From Pedosphaera sp. (GTDB taxonomy: Bacteria > Verrucomicrobiota > Verrucomicrobiia > Limisphaerales > SIBH01), in the NCBI GenBank assembly GCA_031414955.1, contig JANOQV010000297.1, positions 1 to 14,915 of the forward strand: a stretch of 14,915 nt of DNA, read 5' to 3'. Of the stretch, positions 14,821 through 14,915 are shown one piece after another. The stretch's first letter is position 1. Every line of letters starts with the position of its first letter. The position numbers and the translations under genes were made by a program. The notes under the pieces were generated by a model. That model ran no database searches, was not told where the DNA came from, and saw nothing but the letters and a program-made list of their open reading frames with translations.

Positions 14821-14915
14821 ATGAGCAAGACGAAGACGGAAAAGACAAAACCGGAAGCTTTTAAGAACGGAAAGACGGGGCGGGACGTGACCCTGATCGA
14901 TCAATGGATCGCGGA
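14821..14915 (+). CDS. Hypothetical protein, N-terminal fragment (runs off window)
   Basis: ATG at 14821 after purine-rich GAGAAGAAAGCAC; MSKTKTEKTKPEAFKNGKTGRDVTLIDQWIA... open to window end; Lys-rich start typical of real genes; no family recognised. Confidence 0.55.
   Translation, partial: MSKTKTEKTKPEAFKNGKTGRDVTLIDQWIA

Noticed and set aside
13002..14864. 620-aa + strand ORF
   Set aside because: Antisense shadow of the CxxCH protein gene; no recognisable domain.
1..14915. CRISPR array, tRNA/rRNA, transposase, phage or defence genes
   Set aside because: No regularly spaced repeats with unique spacers, no cloverleaf or rRNA signatures, no such protein motifs; other short overlapping ORFs are alternative-frame artefacts.

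Overview
High-GC bacterial window, most likely Verrucomicrobiota (Pedosphaerales/Limisphaerales-like; inferred from gene content). The + strand block holds the 3' part of topB (DNA topoisomerase III with three C-terminal Zn-ribbon/Toprim_Crpt repeats), an alpha/beta hydrolase, an exported TpbA-like dual-specificity phosphatase and an exported DUF4197 protein. The convergent - strand block holds a PVC-type heme-binding CxxCH protein, a ~1680-aa multi-domain secreted purple-acid-phosphatase-family protein and a 787-aa P-domain/MBG/Ig adhesin-like protein. A divergent ORF begins at the right edge. Most interesting signals: (1) the two large secreted proteins end in the same cadherin-like plus ~60-aa terminal module, a candidate sorting signal; (2) strong, directional Thr-Asn dipeptide enrichment in the stalks of exported proteins, a candidate modification motif; (3) a 54-bp inverted REP-like doublet in frame inside the heme protein gene; (4) intergenic REP/REPIN-like elements; (5) sigma70-type -10 boxes exactly 6 nt upstream of three start codons, suggesting leaderless mRNAs. 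Family assignments come from motif recognition, not database searches.
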